64,000 bases of DNA from Octopus sinensis (taxonomy: Eukaryota): NCBI RefSeq assembly GCF_006345805.1, contig NC_043011.1, forward strand, positions 22,828,464 to 22,892,463. Direction: 5' to 3'. Both the position numbers and the translations under genes were made by a program. Numbering within the stretch: the first letter of the stretch is position 1; every line of letters begins with the position of its first letter. This document shows positions 26,898 to 40,447 of the stretch, piece by piece. The notes below the pieces were generated by a model. The model was given only the letters and a program-made list of their open reading frames with translations, was not told where the DNA came from and made no database searches.

Positions 26898-29555
26898 TTT
26901 ATATATATATTTCGTTTTTGTATTTAGTTAGCAAGATTCTTTATGTGAATTCGTGTGTTTAAGCACATTTTATTGTGTCTGAGGAGAGTCATTCTGTTTT
27001 AATGCCTTATTAATTAATACCCACCAGTTCGATTTTCATTCATTTATTTATTTAATAACATTATGGATAAACACTAAACTTGAAATTCTTAATGCATCTT
27101 ACCTGTTTGATTTGTTACTAAAATTATCCCAGATGGCAACAGATAAAAATTTTGCCACTTTTCAATGTTAATTTGAATTAATTAAAATACAGGTATAATC
27201 AGTACAAGATTTTATTCTTTCAGTAAATATTTCATACCTCAGTGTGAAATAGTTTTTTTCCACAATTTTTTCAGGTGCATTCAATGTATCTGACCTCCAA
27301 ACCTGCCGCAAGCCACTTTTTTCCGGAAAAGAAAGGTGAGAAGGGTGGTGGGGACCTTGAAGTTTCCCACCAAGGGAGTTTTGCTTTGTAGGTCTTTTTT
27401 CTTTTCCAGGTTATTTTTCATGCCTTCAACAAATGTGGCATCAAAATCACATGTAAACGGTTCCTTTTCCAGAAAAGGAAAGATTTGACTGCTATTTCTA
27501 GCATACCCTGCTACTACGCAACATATATTTGCATTTACACCAAAATATTTAGCAACTTTTTACCTTCCGTTTATTTTTTCCGCTTTATGGATGTCAATAT
27601 TTTCTCTGTTGACATCCACCTTAGCAGGGGCATGGATCAAGTGGAAAGATATCAACCACTGTTCCCTCTTGAGATAAAAAAATTTCTTGTTGTTTTCAAA
27701 TACAGGTAGGACCAAACAAGGTCCTACAAGTTATTTATAATAACAAGTGGCATTATATCAGGGTTGAAAGAATGACATGAACAATATTAAATATGCTAAG
27801 ACAATCTGAAAACAATAGAAACATTTACTGGTTTTTATGAAATTTTTGCGTTAACAGACTTGAGTTAATAGAAGCTAAATGTAACAGAAGTTAATTAGTC
27901 CGATAATGATTCTCAAAGTTAACTTAAAAGTTAAATTGTTAACAAAAATGTTAACTTCGTTAATTAATGAATTAATGAACTTGCACCCAGCTCTGTGTGT
28001 GTGTGTATATATATATACGTCTACATAACAGCCTACTATCAAATTTACCTGTGTATGTATAAACTGTGGCTATTGGGGTATCACTACCTTCTACATATAT
28101 TTCCTATTTAGTACTGGGGATGTTTCATTTATGAGGAAGCACTCCTGTATTTGTGTGAGTGTTGGGTCCTTCAGGTACTTGGATAAAATACAAATGTCAA
28201 GCCAACCCAGTGTGTCTCTATGTTGGTCTTTGGCACATTGGTAAAGTGTAGAGGACTGTTTTTTGTCATCATATTGTTTCAAATGTTCATTTAGTCTCTC
28301 CACAATGTTTCTAGACATCTCACCAATGTATGTCATATTCTTGTTTTTACAAGCACCCTCTATGCATTTTGTTATAGACTACAAAAGATTAATTTTACAT
28401 GTCATGCAGTTCTCATTGGTGCATGTGGTATTCTCAAAGGGCTACACCCTATATAATTGTAATTTGATGGAGCTCCCTGGCTTTTCAACAATCTTAATGT
28501 TGAGTTTGGCCTCCTTCAGAGCTTTCCTAAATATTCGGGTTAGTTCTCCATGGGCTGTGGCCTCTACAAACATCACTCCTTGATATCTGTTGGCCTTGTA
28601 TACCATGTATTCACCCTGTTTGCTTTGTTACAAACTCTCTGTATCCTATTCCAGTCTTTACTTCTTTTATGAATACTAGGCTGTTATGTAGACGTACATA
28701 TATATAAATAGGTAAATGGATATGTAAGTAAACAGATAGGTACATAGGCAATATGAACAAAGCACTCACACGTACACAAAAGACTGAAACGCATGACCAT
28801 ACACACAAGAGGACACATATGGAGACACACATCCATACATAACAGATGTTCGTAGATAGTCACACAAACCCATACACATAGACACACTCAATGTGACAGA
28901 TGTACATACACAAATACACACAAACACATGAATATGCAGAATACATACATATAAACGTACACATAAATACATATATGAATACACATGCATGCAAACATAC
29001 ATACATACATGTGTATATACATGCACACTGATGCATACACATGCGCACAAACAAAAAACAAAGAGAATCCAGTTTCGATAACAGACAGAGTTAACAACTA
29101 CTGAAGAGGTTGCAAGAAGCAACAAAAATTTTTTAAAAAATAAATAAGTAAACGAGTGAAAATTGAACAGGTGAGTGTGTTAATTAATAAGACATTAAAA
29201 CAGAATGACTCTCCCCAGACACAATAATATATATATATAATAAATTAATAAATAAAACATATGCATATATACATACATATATGTACGTACCTACCTCTAC
29301 ATGTATATATACATGCATATATGGGTACCGGACACCAAAAAAACGTCGAACACAATGAGAAACGAAAACATAAACACAAAACCAAGGAAATGGACATTTT
29401 TCTTAAACAACGAAAAAATAGAGTACAGGACATACAAAACAAGGAAAATTCCCCTTCTTCAGTCGCCTTTGTTTCATCTACTCCACGTTTCGAAGGTCAA
29501 GGTGATACATGACTTTAATGAAACTTTCCTTCCCGCGAAAATCAAATTAAATAAA

Positions 29556-29591
<36 letters not shown>

Positions 29592-32500
29592 GACACAATT
29601 GTATTTCAATTTACATCTACCAAATCCACTCACAAAACATAGCTGGAGCTATAGTACAAGTAACTGCACATGATGTCATGCAGTGGGACTGAACCCCAAA
29701 CCATGTAGTTAGGAAGCAAACTTCTTAACCACACAACTATTATGTATTGTTAAACATCTGACTGAAAGATAATGATGAAAATAAGGATGAGATAATGGTA
29801 TGATGTTAAATGTATCATTATTTACTTAATTGTTGTGTTACTGTGAATGACTTTTAAATCAAGCAAAGGATCAACATACAAATCAAACTATAAACTCACT
29901 TGGTCAATCCTTCAAGAACAACTGTTACAAGGGCACAGTCTGGAGATTTCTTCAAGATACGGACATATGTTGCAAAAACATGCTGTATTATTCTGGTGTT
30001 CTGTAAGACAGAATGATAAATAGACCATAATAGTCTATGTAAGGGACTACAACATGGAGATTACTGTATACAACGCGAAGACAGTATATACAAGTGACTG
30101 ATAGAATACACATGCAGACAATGCATGCTACCAATAAAGAGTATAAGCTGGCCTCTGTGCCGATGGCACATAAAAAGCACCAATCGAGCGTGATCGTTAC
30201 CTGCGTCGCCTTACTGGCACTTGTGCTGGCGGCATGTGAAAAAAACATTCAGGCGGGGTCGTTGCCAGTGCCACTGGACTGGCTCCTGTGCAGGTAGCAC
30301 ATAAAAAGCACCATTTGAGCGTGCCTGTTGCCAGTACCACCTGACTGGCCCTCGTGCCGGTGGCATGTAAAAGCACCCACTATACTCTCGGAGTGGTTGG
30401 CATTAGGAAGGGCATCCAGCTGTAGAAACTCTGCCAGATCAGATTGGAGTCCGGTGCAGCCATCTGGTTCGCCAGACTGCAGTTAAATCGTCCAACCCAT
30501 GCTAGCATGGAAAGCAGACATTAAACGATGATGATGATGACAACATATATATACAACTAATAGCCAGTGCATACAACTAACAGATGATATATATACTCAA
30601 TTGACAACATTTACAAATTATAGAAAGCATAAGCAACCAAGAGACTGTATATACAACAAAATAAATGATATACATACCAACTGACAACTTACACAGGTAG
30701 ATAGCATATACAACTAATACTATGTACAAAGCAAAGTATATACAACACATAGACTGTATAAAGCAATGTCAGGAATACAGTAGATTGAGCAAGATAGTAT
30801 TATAGGCAGTGAGTGTGTATAAATAGATTATATAACAATAAGAAGGCTTAAAATGAAAGTACACAGTTCACATTAACACAAATTTTACCAGTGTAACAAT
30901 ATAACCCAATTAGTACTACAGAGAATAGACACCAGATTTAAACCTCAATGTATTTTGTTTAACCTCAGGTCAGCTCAGATTGAGTAAACCTATGAACAAA
31001 TGAGTCTTGTTCTTAAACACATTCCATCAACTCTCATTATCCATGCCACCACTCAGCTATGCCAGCCACATCTTACCTCTCCATATGTAAAGAACCTACT
31101 TGTTGACACCTTCACGCTGATTTCCTCCATGTACATCACACATCCATACCAGCGCAGCTTCCTCACACACATACACTACACTGTATTCTTCTTATAATAC
31201 AGTTTCTCTCTTACATCATTTATAATGTTGTTCACACACACACACAAACATTACACATCCATTGGAGCATGGTAGCTTCATTTCTTTCTTATTTCTTTAT
31301 TGCCCACAAGGGGCTAAACATAGAGGGGACAAACAAACGGATTAAATCAATTACAATGACCCCAGTGCGCAACCGGTACTTAATTTATCAACCCCGAAAG
31401 GATGAAGGGCAAAGTTGACCTCAGCGGAATTTGAACTCAGAACATAACGGCAGATGAAAAACCGATTTGCATTTCGCCCGGCATGCTAACATTTCTGCCA
31501 GCTCGCTGCCTTTCTAGTCATTACAAGTTTTCTGCTTTCAAGGTTCCTTTCATGTCTCACTACCATGCAACATCACAATTCTAACGTGTGTCAGATAACC
31601 TACCCTGCACTTTAGGAAAAGTGACTTTTGTTGCTAGAAGAGGTATTAGCTCCCTGAACTTTTTCCAACCTGTTTTTACTCTGGCTACTATACTTTCAGA
31701 GTCACCACCTCCACTGCTAAGTATGTCTCCTAGGTAATACAAACCATCAATGACTACTAGTACGCCAGTCAGGCATTTAAGAGAATCTGTTTCAAGCACA
31801 CTCACAGTAAGTGTTGTTCCAGTACATATGAAGCTGACTTCCTCTGTCTGTGATTTCATTACATCTTTTGTGAGTCCATATCTTACGTTGGGTACAGTAT
31901 ATGGAGTTTACACACACACACACATCATGATCATTGTTTTTATGTTAGTTTTGCCATGTTAGACAAAATTTCCTGAGGTATTATTCTATGGCCAGATGCC
32001 CTTCCTGGTGCCAATCTTTACTTAATTTCAAGTAGTTTCTTTTATTCCATTTGTCTTCTCACAATGAAATTGTGTTGGGCAAATTATGTGGGATATAAAC
32101 AAGTCACCACATGCAAAGACACTTGAAGACAAATGTACACACACACACACACATAATTCGATTTAAGAAAAACAGTTCCAGTGGAATCTTACATATTCTA
32201 GCTTCTTTTTCTTGTCTTCTGAGGCTTTGGTTTCAAGAAGTTCGTTTTGTAGACGTTCCATTTGTTTCTCTCTCTGAAACAGAAAATGTTTATACAACTT
32301 TAAATCATCGCCTTTATCAACACCTCCAAACACATCATTATCATCACTATCAATACCATCATCTCACTAACAACAGTTTGATATTTTCAATACATTCAAT
32401 AATTCTGCAATTGGTTTCTTTCCTTTAGTTGCTGTGTTTATTATTTTTTATTTTACTTGATGGGTCTTGTGGAAGGAATATTTACCTGTGACCTTTCCGA

Positions 32501-35500
32501 CCCCCACTCTCCCACCATCTCAATGAGATTGATGTTGTTAACCCTTTTGATACCAAACCACCACCTAAAACTACCCATGGATCTATGATACAAACTTTCT
32601 ATTTTAAATTAACCTAAATTAACACTTTCCAAAGAAATTTTATATTAATTTATGTTCCAAACTCCAGTTTAATAATAATGTTATTTTATTAAATTATTTA
32701 GTATTACCAAAATAAAAAAAAAAAAAGGCAGTATATTTTAATAGGAATTCAGTGTTGAAAGTGAATAGGATACCAATTTTTGCTGTAAAATGGAGATTAT
32801 GGATGATACCAGTGATGACAAATTACCAACAAGGATGATTTTTATTCACTGTAAAATAACAAAACCATTACCAATGAAAAGATAATGGCGCCAATGATAA
32901 CAATTACCAAAAAGGATGTTTGTTGCTCATACAAAAAAGACAAAAACTATGTCACCAAATCTTTTCCTGTTGTTACTACAAGCATTTGTAGATTGAAGTA
33001 ATGAACAATTATGTAGATTTGGAGAATAATTTTGATTGGAAGTGAAAGAGATGATAATGGAATAGAATAAGCTGGTAGAATAGAAATAACATTAATTTAA
33101 CACATAGCTATAATACATTACAACCTGAATGCCAAAGTTAGGTTTGCGTATGTAAATAAATTTGAATTGTCGAAAATTGAATGTGTTGTTTTACTGATTC
33201 TTCATAACTTGCAGACTTTTCTGGGAACAAATTTTGTTAGTCAACAATTATTTGTCACTGTTCCAAAATATTTTCACAGTTTAACCCTTTAGCATTTAAA
33301 CCGGCCATATCGGGCCAAAAGTATTCTGCCTGTTTTATGTTCAAACTGGCCAGATCTGGTCTCTCACACCAACCTTACAATATCGTTTTAAAAATTAACA
33401 GCTACCTCATCAAAATCTCATAGCTACAAGATAATGCATGATTAGTTCAAAACAATGTGGATAAAGAAGCATTAATTTTGGTAGAATAATGTGAACACTA
33501 AAGGGTTAAATACCATTATGATAAAAAAAAAAAAAAAGTAGATTCTTCTTGCTATTTTGCAGAAAAATGTTGAGCTTTCCTTGATCATGGCAAATGCAGC
33601 TTAGAAGACTTTTTAAATTGTTCTAAATTTTAATCTTATATTAAATATGATGTAACAATATGAAAAATCTTTTATCTTAAACTAGTTTCAGTCACTGGAC
33701 TGCAGCCATGTCAGAGGACCACCTTGAAGGGTTTAGTTGAACAAATCAACCCCAATATTTATTTCTTTTAAATCTAGTACTTACTCTATTGGTCTCTTTT
33801 GCCAAACTAAGTTACAAGGATGTAAACAAACCAGCACTGGCTGTTGAGTGAGGGAGACGGTGGGGGAGGTTATACAAACACAAAGACACACATATATGAT
33901 GGACTTCCACACGGTTTCCATCTACTATATTCACTGACATGGCACTGGTCGGTCTGGGGTTATAATAGAAGACACTTGCTCAAAGCACTGCACAGTGGGA
34001 CTGAATCTTATCCCACATGATTGCAAAGTGAGCCTCTTAACCACATGGTTAAAAATTGGCCAAATATGCTACTGTAAACTATTAATTGCCTACAGCAGTT
34101 CTTTGCAGATAATGCCTTCTGTGAGTCTATTAGCACTGTTATAACCGAAGACTTTGACACTCAAATGTCTTTATGCCTGAGAAAATGCAGTGTACAGTTG
34201 GCCATGGGGCAAAACAGGGATTGGTAGGGAGGTTCTTTCCCCATCATTTGTTTGTCCCTGACTTTTACATCGGAGCAAAAGCAGTTTTGATGGGAAATTG
34301 TCACGTGATGATGGCAAAAAGTGAATTCATTGTTTCTGTCATGGTGAGGAATAAGGCACAGAAGACACAGGAACTTTTTATTATTTCATTTGAGGACTTC
34401 ACATTCAACAGTTTTTTTTTTTCATCAACTGGATGTGAAAATCATTCTAGTCCTATTTTAGAGACAGCATGTAAGTCTAGTACTTATTCTATTGATCTCT
34501 TTTGCCGAACTGCTATGTTACGGGGACATAAACACACCAGCATCAGTTGCAAAGTAATAGTGGGGGGGGGGACAAATACAGACACACACACACACACACA
34601 TATATCATATATATATATATATACACATACACGCAACAGGTTTCTTTCAGTTTCCATCTACCAAATCCACTCACAAGGCTTTGGTTGGCCCAAGATTATA
34701 GTAGAAGGCACTTTCCCAAGGCGCCATGCATCGGGACTGAGCCTGGAACCATATGGATTGGGAAGCAAGCTTCTTACCACACAGCCACACCTGCACCTAT
34801 ATAGATATAGATATATATGTACATACATGCATACATATATCATCATTGTTTTAATATCTACTTTTTCATGCTTACAGAAAGGTCAGATGAAATTTGTTGA
34901 GACAGCTTTCCTATGTCTGGATACAATTCCTGTCATCAACACTCACCTGTTCTCAAGTAATGTAATATTACCCCATAGCCAGACAAGTATTCATGGAAGA
35001 TTGGAATCAAAAGACACCACTTGTATGATAATGACACTCATCCACAACTAACACACACACACACATCTCCAAAGATCAGAATTCAAAAGGTTCAGTGTTA
35101 GAATACATATGCAAAGGACATATTACCTTTCTTTCCCGCCGAGACATTTTCATTAATTTCTGTTTATGTTTTTCCTTTTCAGCCTTGCTTTTGGCTTGAG
35201 CAATGTCAATTTCCTTAATCTTCAGAGACAGCAAAGTACTCAATACCTAGTGCAAAACAGAATATGATATTTTAATAATACAGGAACAGAATATTTCAGC
35301 ATTTGTAAAATAAGTAATGTTATAATTCTTCAAATTTCTCCTTTTGAACTTTCATTTATTTAGATATATATGTGTGTGTGTGGAGGCGCGTGGCTTAGTG
35401 GTTAGGGTATCAGCACCGTGATCGTAAGATTGCGTTTTCGATTCCTGGACCGGGCGATATTGTATTCTTGAGCAAAACACTTCATTTCATGTTGCTCCAG

Positions 35501-36031
35501 TCCACTCAGCTGGCAAAAATGAGCAACGCTGCGATGGACTGGCGTTCCATCCAGCTGGGGAACACATACGCCACTGAAACCGGGCCCATGAGCCAGGCTA
35601 GGCTTTAAAAAGGGCGCATTTATTTTTTATTTTATATATATATATATATATATATCTATGTATATGAAAGAATGGAGTTGAACGACTAGTTAACAAATAT
35701 CCTTTATTCTCGACATATGTTTCGAAGGCTGCATATTCCTAATTCCGAAGGAATAAGGAGTACATTATGCAGATTTCTCATCAGGAAAATCAAGGAACTT
35801 ATGTCGACATCAAAATGCACAAAAAACTTTTAGCTGACCGCTCTCAACTCCATTCTTTCATATACTTCATATACTTATAATTTTAAAATAAACATACAAA
35901 TTTCCGCACGAAGACACGTAGTCTATGCCCTAGGGACGTAGCTTCAACCGTGTTCTTTCTGATGTGAATTTGCTACCCAGGTATCGGTTATCTTTCGAAT
36001 TATCCTTAATAAGATAATTCATTCAACTACT

Positions 36032-36067
<36 letters not shown>

Positions 36068-39000
36068 CACATGACAGGTTTTCTCATAGTTCCCATCTAC
36101 CAAATTCACATGTAACAGGATGAGAGATTCCCGCACTGGATGGGTGCAGCTCGCATCCTTTACATTAAATATTAATCAAAGAAAGAGTCAAGACTTCCGA
36201 TTAACTTCAACAGTATAAATATTTATTTCTTGATTCGCAATATAAACATTTCCTTCCTCTGGGCGAATCGGCAGTAGTCAAGTGGAGTGAGTTAATCCTG
36301 CCCGTTCAAGCACAGTGGAGAGGTGCCACGAGGTAGCAACTCGAGAGAGCTGATGCAGACACGTCTGTCTTGTTCAGCTGTGGGCGTTTCAAGAGAGCGA
36401 TACCAGAGAATTTTGCTGCCGCTAGTTTTCTGTGCATGCGCATGAAGGAACTTATAGCAGGCCTCCTGGAAGACTCCAACCCTGCGCATGCGTACTGGAG
36501 ATTTCCAAGATGGCGTCACTACACACTCAAAAGGCATTTGTCAGCCCAAGACTATAGTAGAAGGCACTTCCCCATGGTGCTGCACAGCAGGATTGAATGG
36601 GAAATTACGAGGTTGCAGAGCAAGCTTCTTAACCACAAAGACATGCCAACACCTATACAATAACTATTTCAAAATTTCTTCTTTCCATTTCCGAACCAAA
36701 AGTGTAGACTCAGAAATTGTTAGGAGCAGATTAACGTTTGACAAAATCTTGCTATATAGTCTGATCAAATCTACTTTCATTTTAAATGCAGTGTGAAAGA
36801 ATATTCCTTGTTTCTTCCCTGACAGCAGTTTGTTTATGAGGCTGGTGTCACATTCCTTGAAACATCTGAACCATTTGTTGACAGTTCCTGGGTCTTACAC
36901 ATCATTAATTTCTTCTGCTGCTGCCCTTACACTCAGTCCTTTTCTCCACATTTCACTAGACAACCTGTTGTGTAAGATGAGGCCTTACTTGAAATGGCTG
37001 AACAATAGCCAAGCACAAACACTCGTACATTGTCAGCAGAACTTGGTCCTTAATAAAGCATCATTAGTCGACACCTTCATAAGTTTGGCCTTGTGAGCAG
37101 GCACTGCTGAGAAGCTGCTCATGAACTGGCCAATGACCAGGTATGAACGTTTGCAAACAATTGCTGGCAAATCCTCGAGATGCTAATTTTTGGCATCAAA
37201 TTGGGGATGAAAATTGGATCTATTTTCGTAAATCTAAGAAAAATCAGTGGTTTTGTTCTGGCCAGAATTCAGAACTTGTCAAAGACAGGCATTTTGAATT
37301 GAAGGTTATGCTGTGAATGCTAACCTTTATGCTCAACAGCTGCAGCAAGTACATTATAATTTAAAAGCCCACTACCTGGCATTGGTCTATTGAAGACATG
37401 CATTCCAACAACATGACAATGCCCCAGCACACACTGCCAATGTGACCAAGTGTAAACTTGAAGGGCTGCAAATGCTGCCTCATCCTACCTTCAGTCTAGA
37501 CCTTGTACCATCAAATTACCACTTTTTCTAAACCAAAGCTCATTTCCTGCATGGACGGAGGTTCTATAATGTGGATGAGGTTGAAAACAGATGCAGAAAG
37601 TTTTTTGCCTCTAAACCAGCAAAATGGCATAAGCGTGGAATTGAGCTTCTGGCTCAACAATGGCAACAGACTAAGATGGGATATATTTTGATGAAGAAAC
37701 ACTTTTCATATTTAATTTGTTTGAATTATTAATTAAAGCTTGGAATATGAAAAAAAACTTTTGACTTGACCAGCTAAAGCCACATTATGCCATTGGTTGC
37801 CCTTCCAAATTCACTTTCAGTATAAATAACAGTATTCTCAAATTAGTGTCTTCCTTTGTCTCTCATTAAACCTTTCAATGCTTCCCGTTTCCAAACTTTG
37901 CAGATCCTTCTCCATCTGGGCTCAGCCAAATCCACAACCTTAGATGGCAACCTAGCTAATCCCATTCTCAAACATAGCAACTTAGAATAATCAAACAACG
38001 AAGAGTTCTAATCAAGTTCCTCTCTTCCTTCTCTTCGCTAGAAATAAAGATAACTGGGTCTATGATCACTGCCAAAAGGTAGAGTAGGATAATTTAAATT
38101 CTGTCCAATTCCACTTACCTTAGGTTTCACAAGAGATATTTTCTTTTTAACAAGATCTTCAATACCTTTTACAATCTGAAAATATAGAGGAAAAGTCAGA
38201 TTACAATAGGAAAAGAAAAATCCTGTTAATATAAGAAGTATTGTCACATTACTAAGGGATACAAAGAAAAATACTTTATATAGAAACAAAGATGGAGTTA
38301 ACTAATAAAAGATTAAACTGTTTACTACTCTAAGGTAACCGTCTTTTTCACTTACACCCATTAATAATAATCAATGCCATCACAAATTTTATATTTTGTG
38401 GCTGTTATGGGTTACAGAGTTCTGCTAGATTACATTTCACAAATATTCAAATACTTTTCAATTCACTGTCATCAGATTCCAGGACAACAAAAAGGTATAA
38501 TGCAGAAGCCAACAGCCACTAGGTTCTCCATGTGGTAACCTATTGAAAACCCTTTTGTTACCAACCTGCCTGAGATTGTCCCTAGTTCTAGAATACAAAC
38601 ATCCTGTTTTAAATTAAAATCATCCATCAAAATTTCATGCTAATTTAAGTTCCAAGCACCAGCTTGATAATGACAAAATTATTTTATCAAATTCTTATCA
38701 TCATCATCATCGTTTAACGTCCGCTTTCCATGCTGGCATGGGTTGGACAGTTCAACTGGGGTCTGGGAAGCCAGAAGGCTGCACCAGGCCCAGTCTGATC
38801 TGGCAGTGTTTCTACAGCCGGATGCCCTTCCTAACGCCAACCACTCCGTGAGTGTAGTGGGTGCTTTTCATGTGCCACCGGCACAGGTGCCAAACGAGGC
38901 TGGCAAACGGCCACGATCGGATGGTGCTTTTTACGTGCCACCGGCACGGGGACCAGATGAAACTAGCAACGGCCACGGTCGGATGGTGCTTTTTACATGT

Positions 39001-40412
39001 CACTGGCACGGATGCCAGTCGGGCGGCACTGGCAACGGCCACGTTCGGATGGTTCTCTTACGTTCCACCGGCACTGGTATCACAAGCTACAAATTCCATT
39101 GATGTTGACAGATTACGATTTTGATTTTGAGTTTCTTAATTATTTAAAAACTTAATTGAAACAAAGGGAGTATATTTTAGTAGAAATAGGGTAATGAAAT
39201 GGTTAAGTATTAAACAGTCAAACTAGCAATGATATTACATAAGCAAATTTTTACTCACTTCAAGAGAAGCAGCACCAAGTTTATCAATTTTGAAAACCTC
39301 TTTAACTGCCTCACATGCAGCATTTGAACTCTGGAATTGGATAACAATTAACAAAATTATCAACAAATGTAGCCTTTGCTTGAATATAACATAACTAAAG
39401 ATGAACATCTTATTGATTTCATGCAAGCAAACAGACACAATGCTTTTAAAGTCAAGGGGATTGACATATTGAATACATGGTCATGAGTTCACACTTCACT
39501 GTCACCAATAAGTTGCGTACTTAGGGACAATGCGTATAACTTATTTTGCTTGGCTGAAGAATTAAATTCTACTCAGATTACATAAATAACTGCTTAGTAA
39601 GAATGAGAGTATATAGCCATAAAACAAAATGATCTAAAAAGAAAAAAAAACAGTGAAATATATACAAATAGCCAAGGGCTTTACTTTTCCCACATCATTG
39701 ATATCCTAATAGAATGATAAGGCAGTGAGTTAGCATAGTTGGCAGAGCACCAGAGAAACTGCTCTGTAATATTTGTTCCAGTGCTCTGAGTTCCAATCCT
39801 GCTGCAGTCAATTTTATCTTTCACTCTTTTGGTGTTGAAAAATAAAGCACCAGTCTGGTACTGGAGCCATTTCTTCTCCCTCCTGTTCTTTCTCTCCTCA
39901 TCTTCTGTTTCAGTAGAAGAAATAAGTCGTGCTCAGACTTTGGACAGAGATGAGCTCTAGCACAAGTAAAATACTCAAGACACACTGCATGTCACAACAG
40001 CATTATTACAATGCTTTCAGGAGTCAAGCACCCTTAGAACCTCTAACTTGAAAGAGGAAAACCAAACTGATGTAATGTTGCCTTTTTTAGTCTATGGAAA
40101 GAACTTGCCAATTATGAATCAAGGCCGTTATATGCCAACACTTGAAGTAAGAGCTAAATCACCTTCGAATCACATCTGTCTTAAAAAAATGGACACATTA
40201 TGTGATCCAAAACAGATTGTAGCAAAAAAATGTTGAGAAGTTCATAACTGGACTGCCTTTTGATCATAAGTGTGCTTGATCCTTCTATTCAAACGTTAAG
40301 GTAAATCTTAATAAAGAATAAGTATTTGCTTGATTAAGTAATGAAGACTGTGTGAAGATATACATTTTCTCTCATTCTTACACACACACACACATATATA
40401 CATATAATATAT

Positions 40413-40447
<35 letters not shown>

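Noticed and set aside
29445-29500. Permuted hammerhead parts on the minus strand (ccttcGAAAcgtggagta...CTGAAGAagggg)
   Set aside because: Stem I cannot pair and stem II is out of register with the core.
34173-35051. 292-aa plus-strand ORF, the longest in the track
   Set aside because: It runs through SINE head, microsatellite and tail sequence, antisense within a NOC3L intron; a chance chimera.
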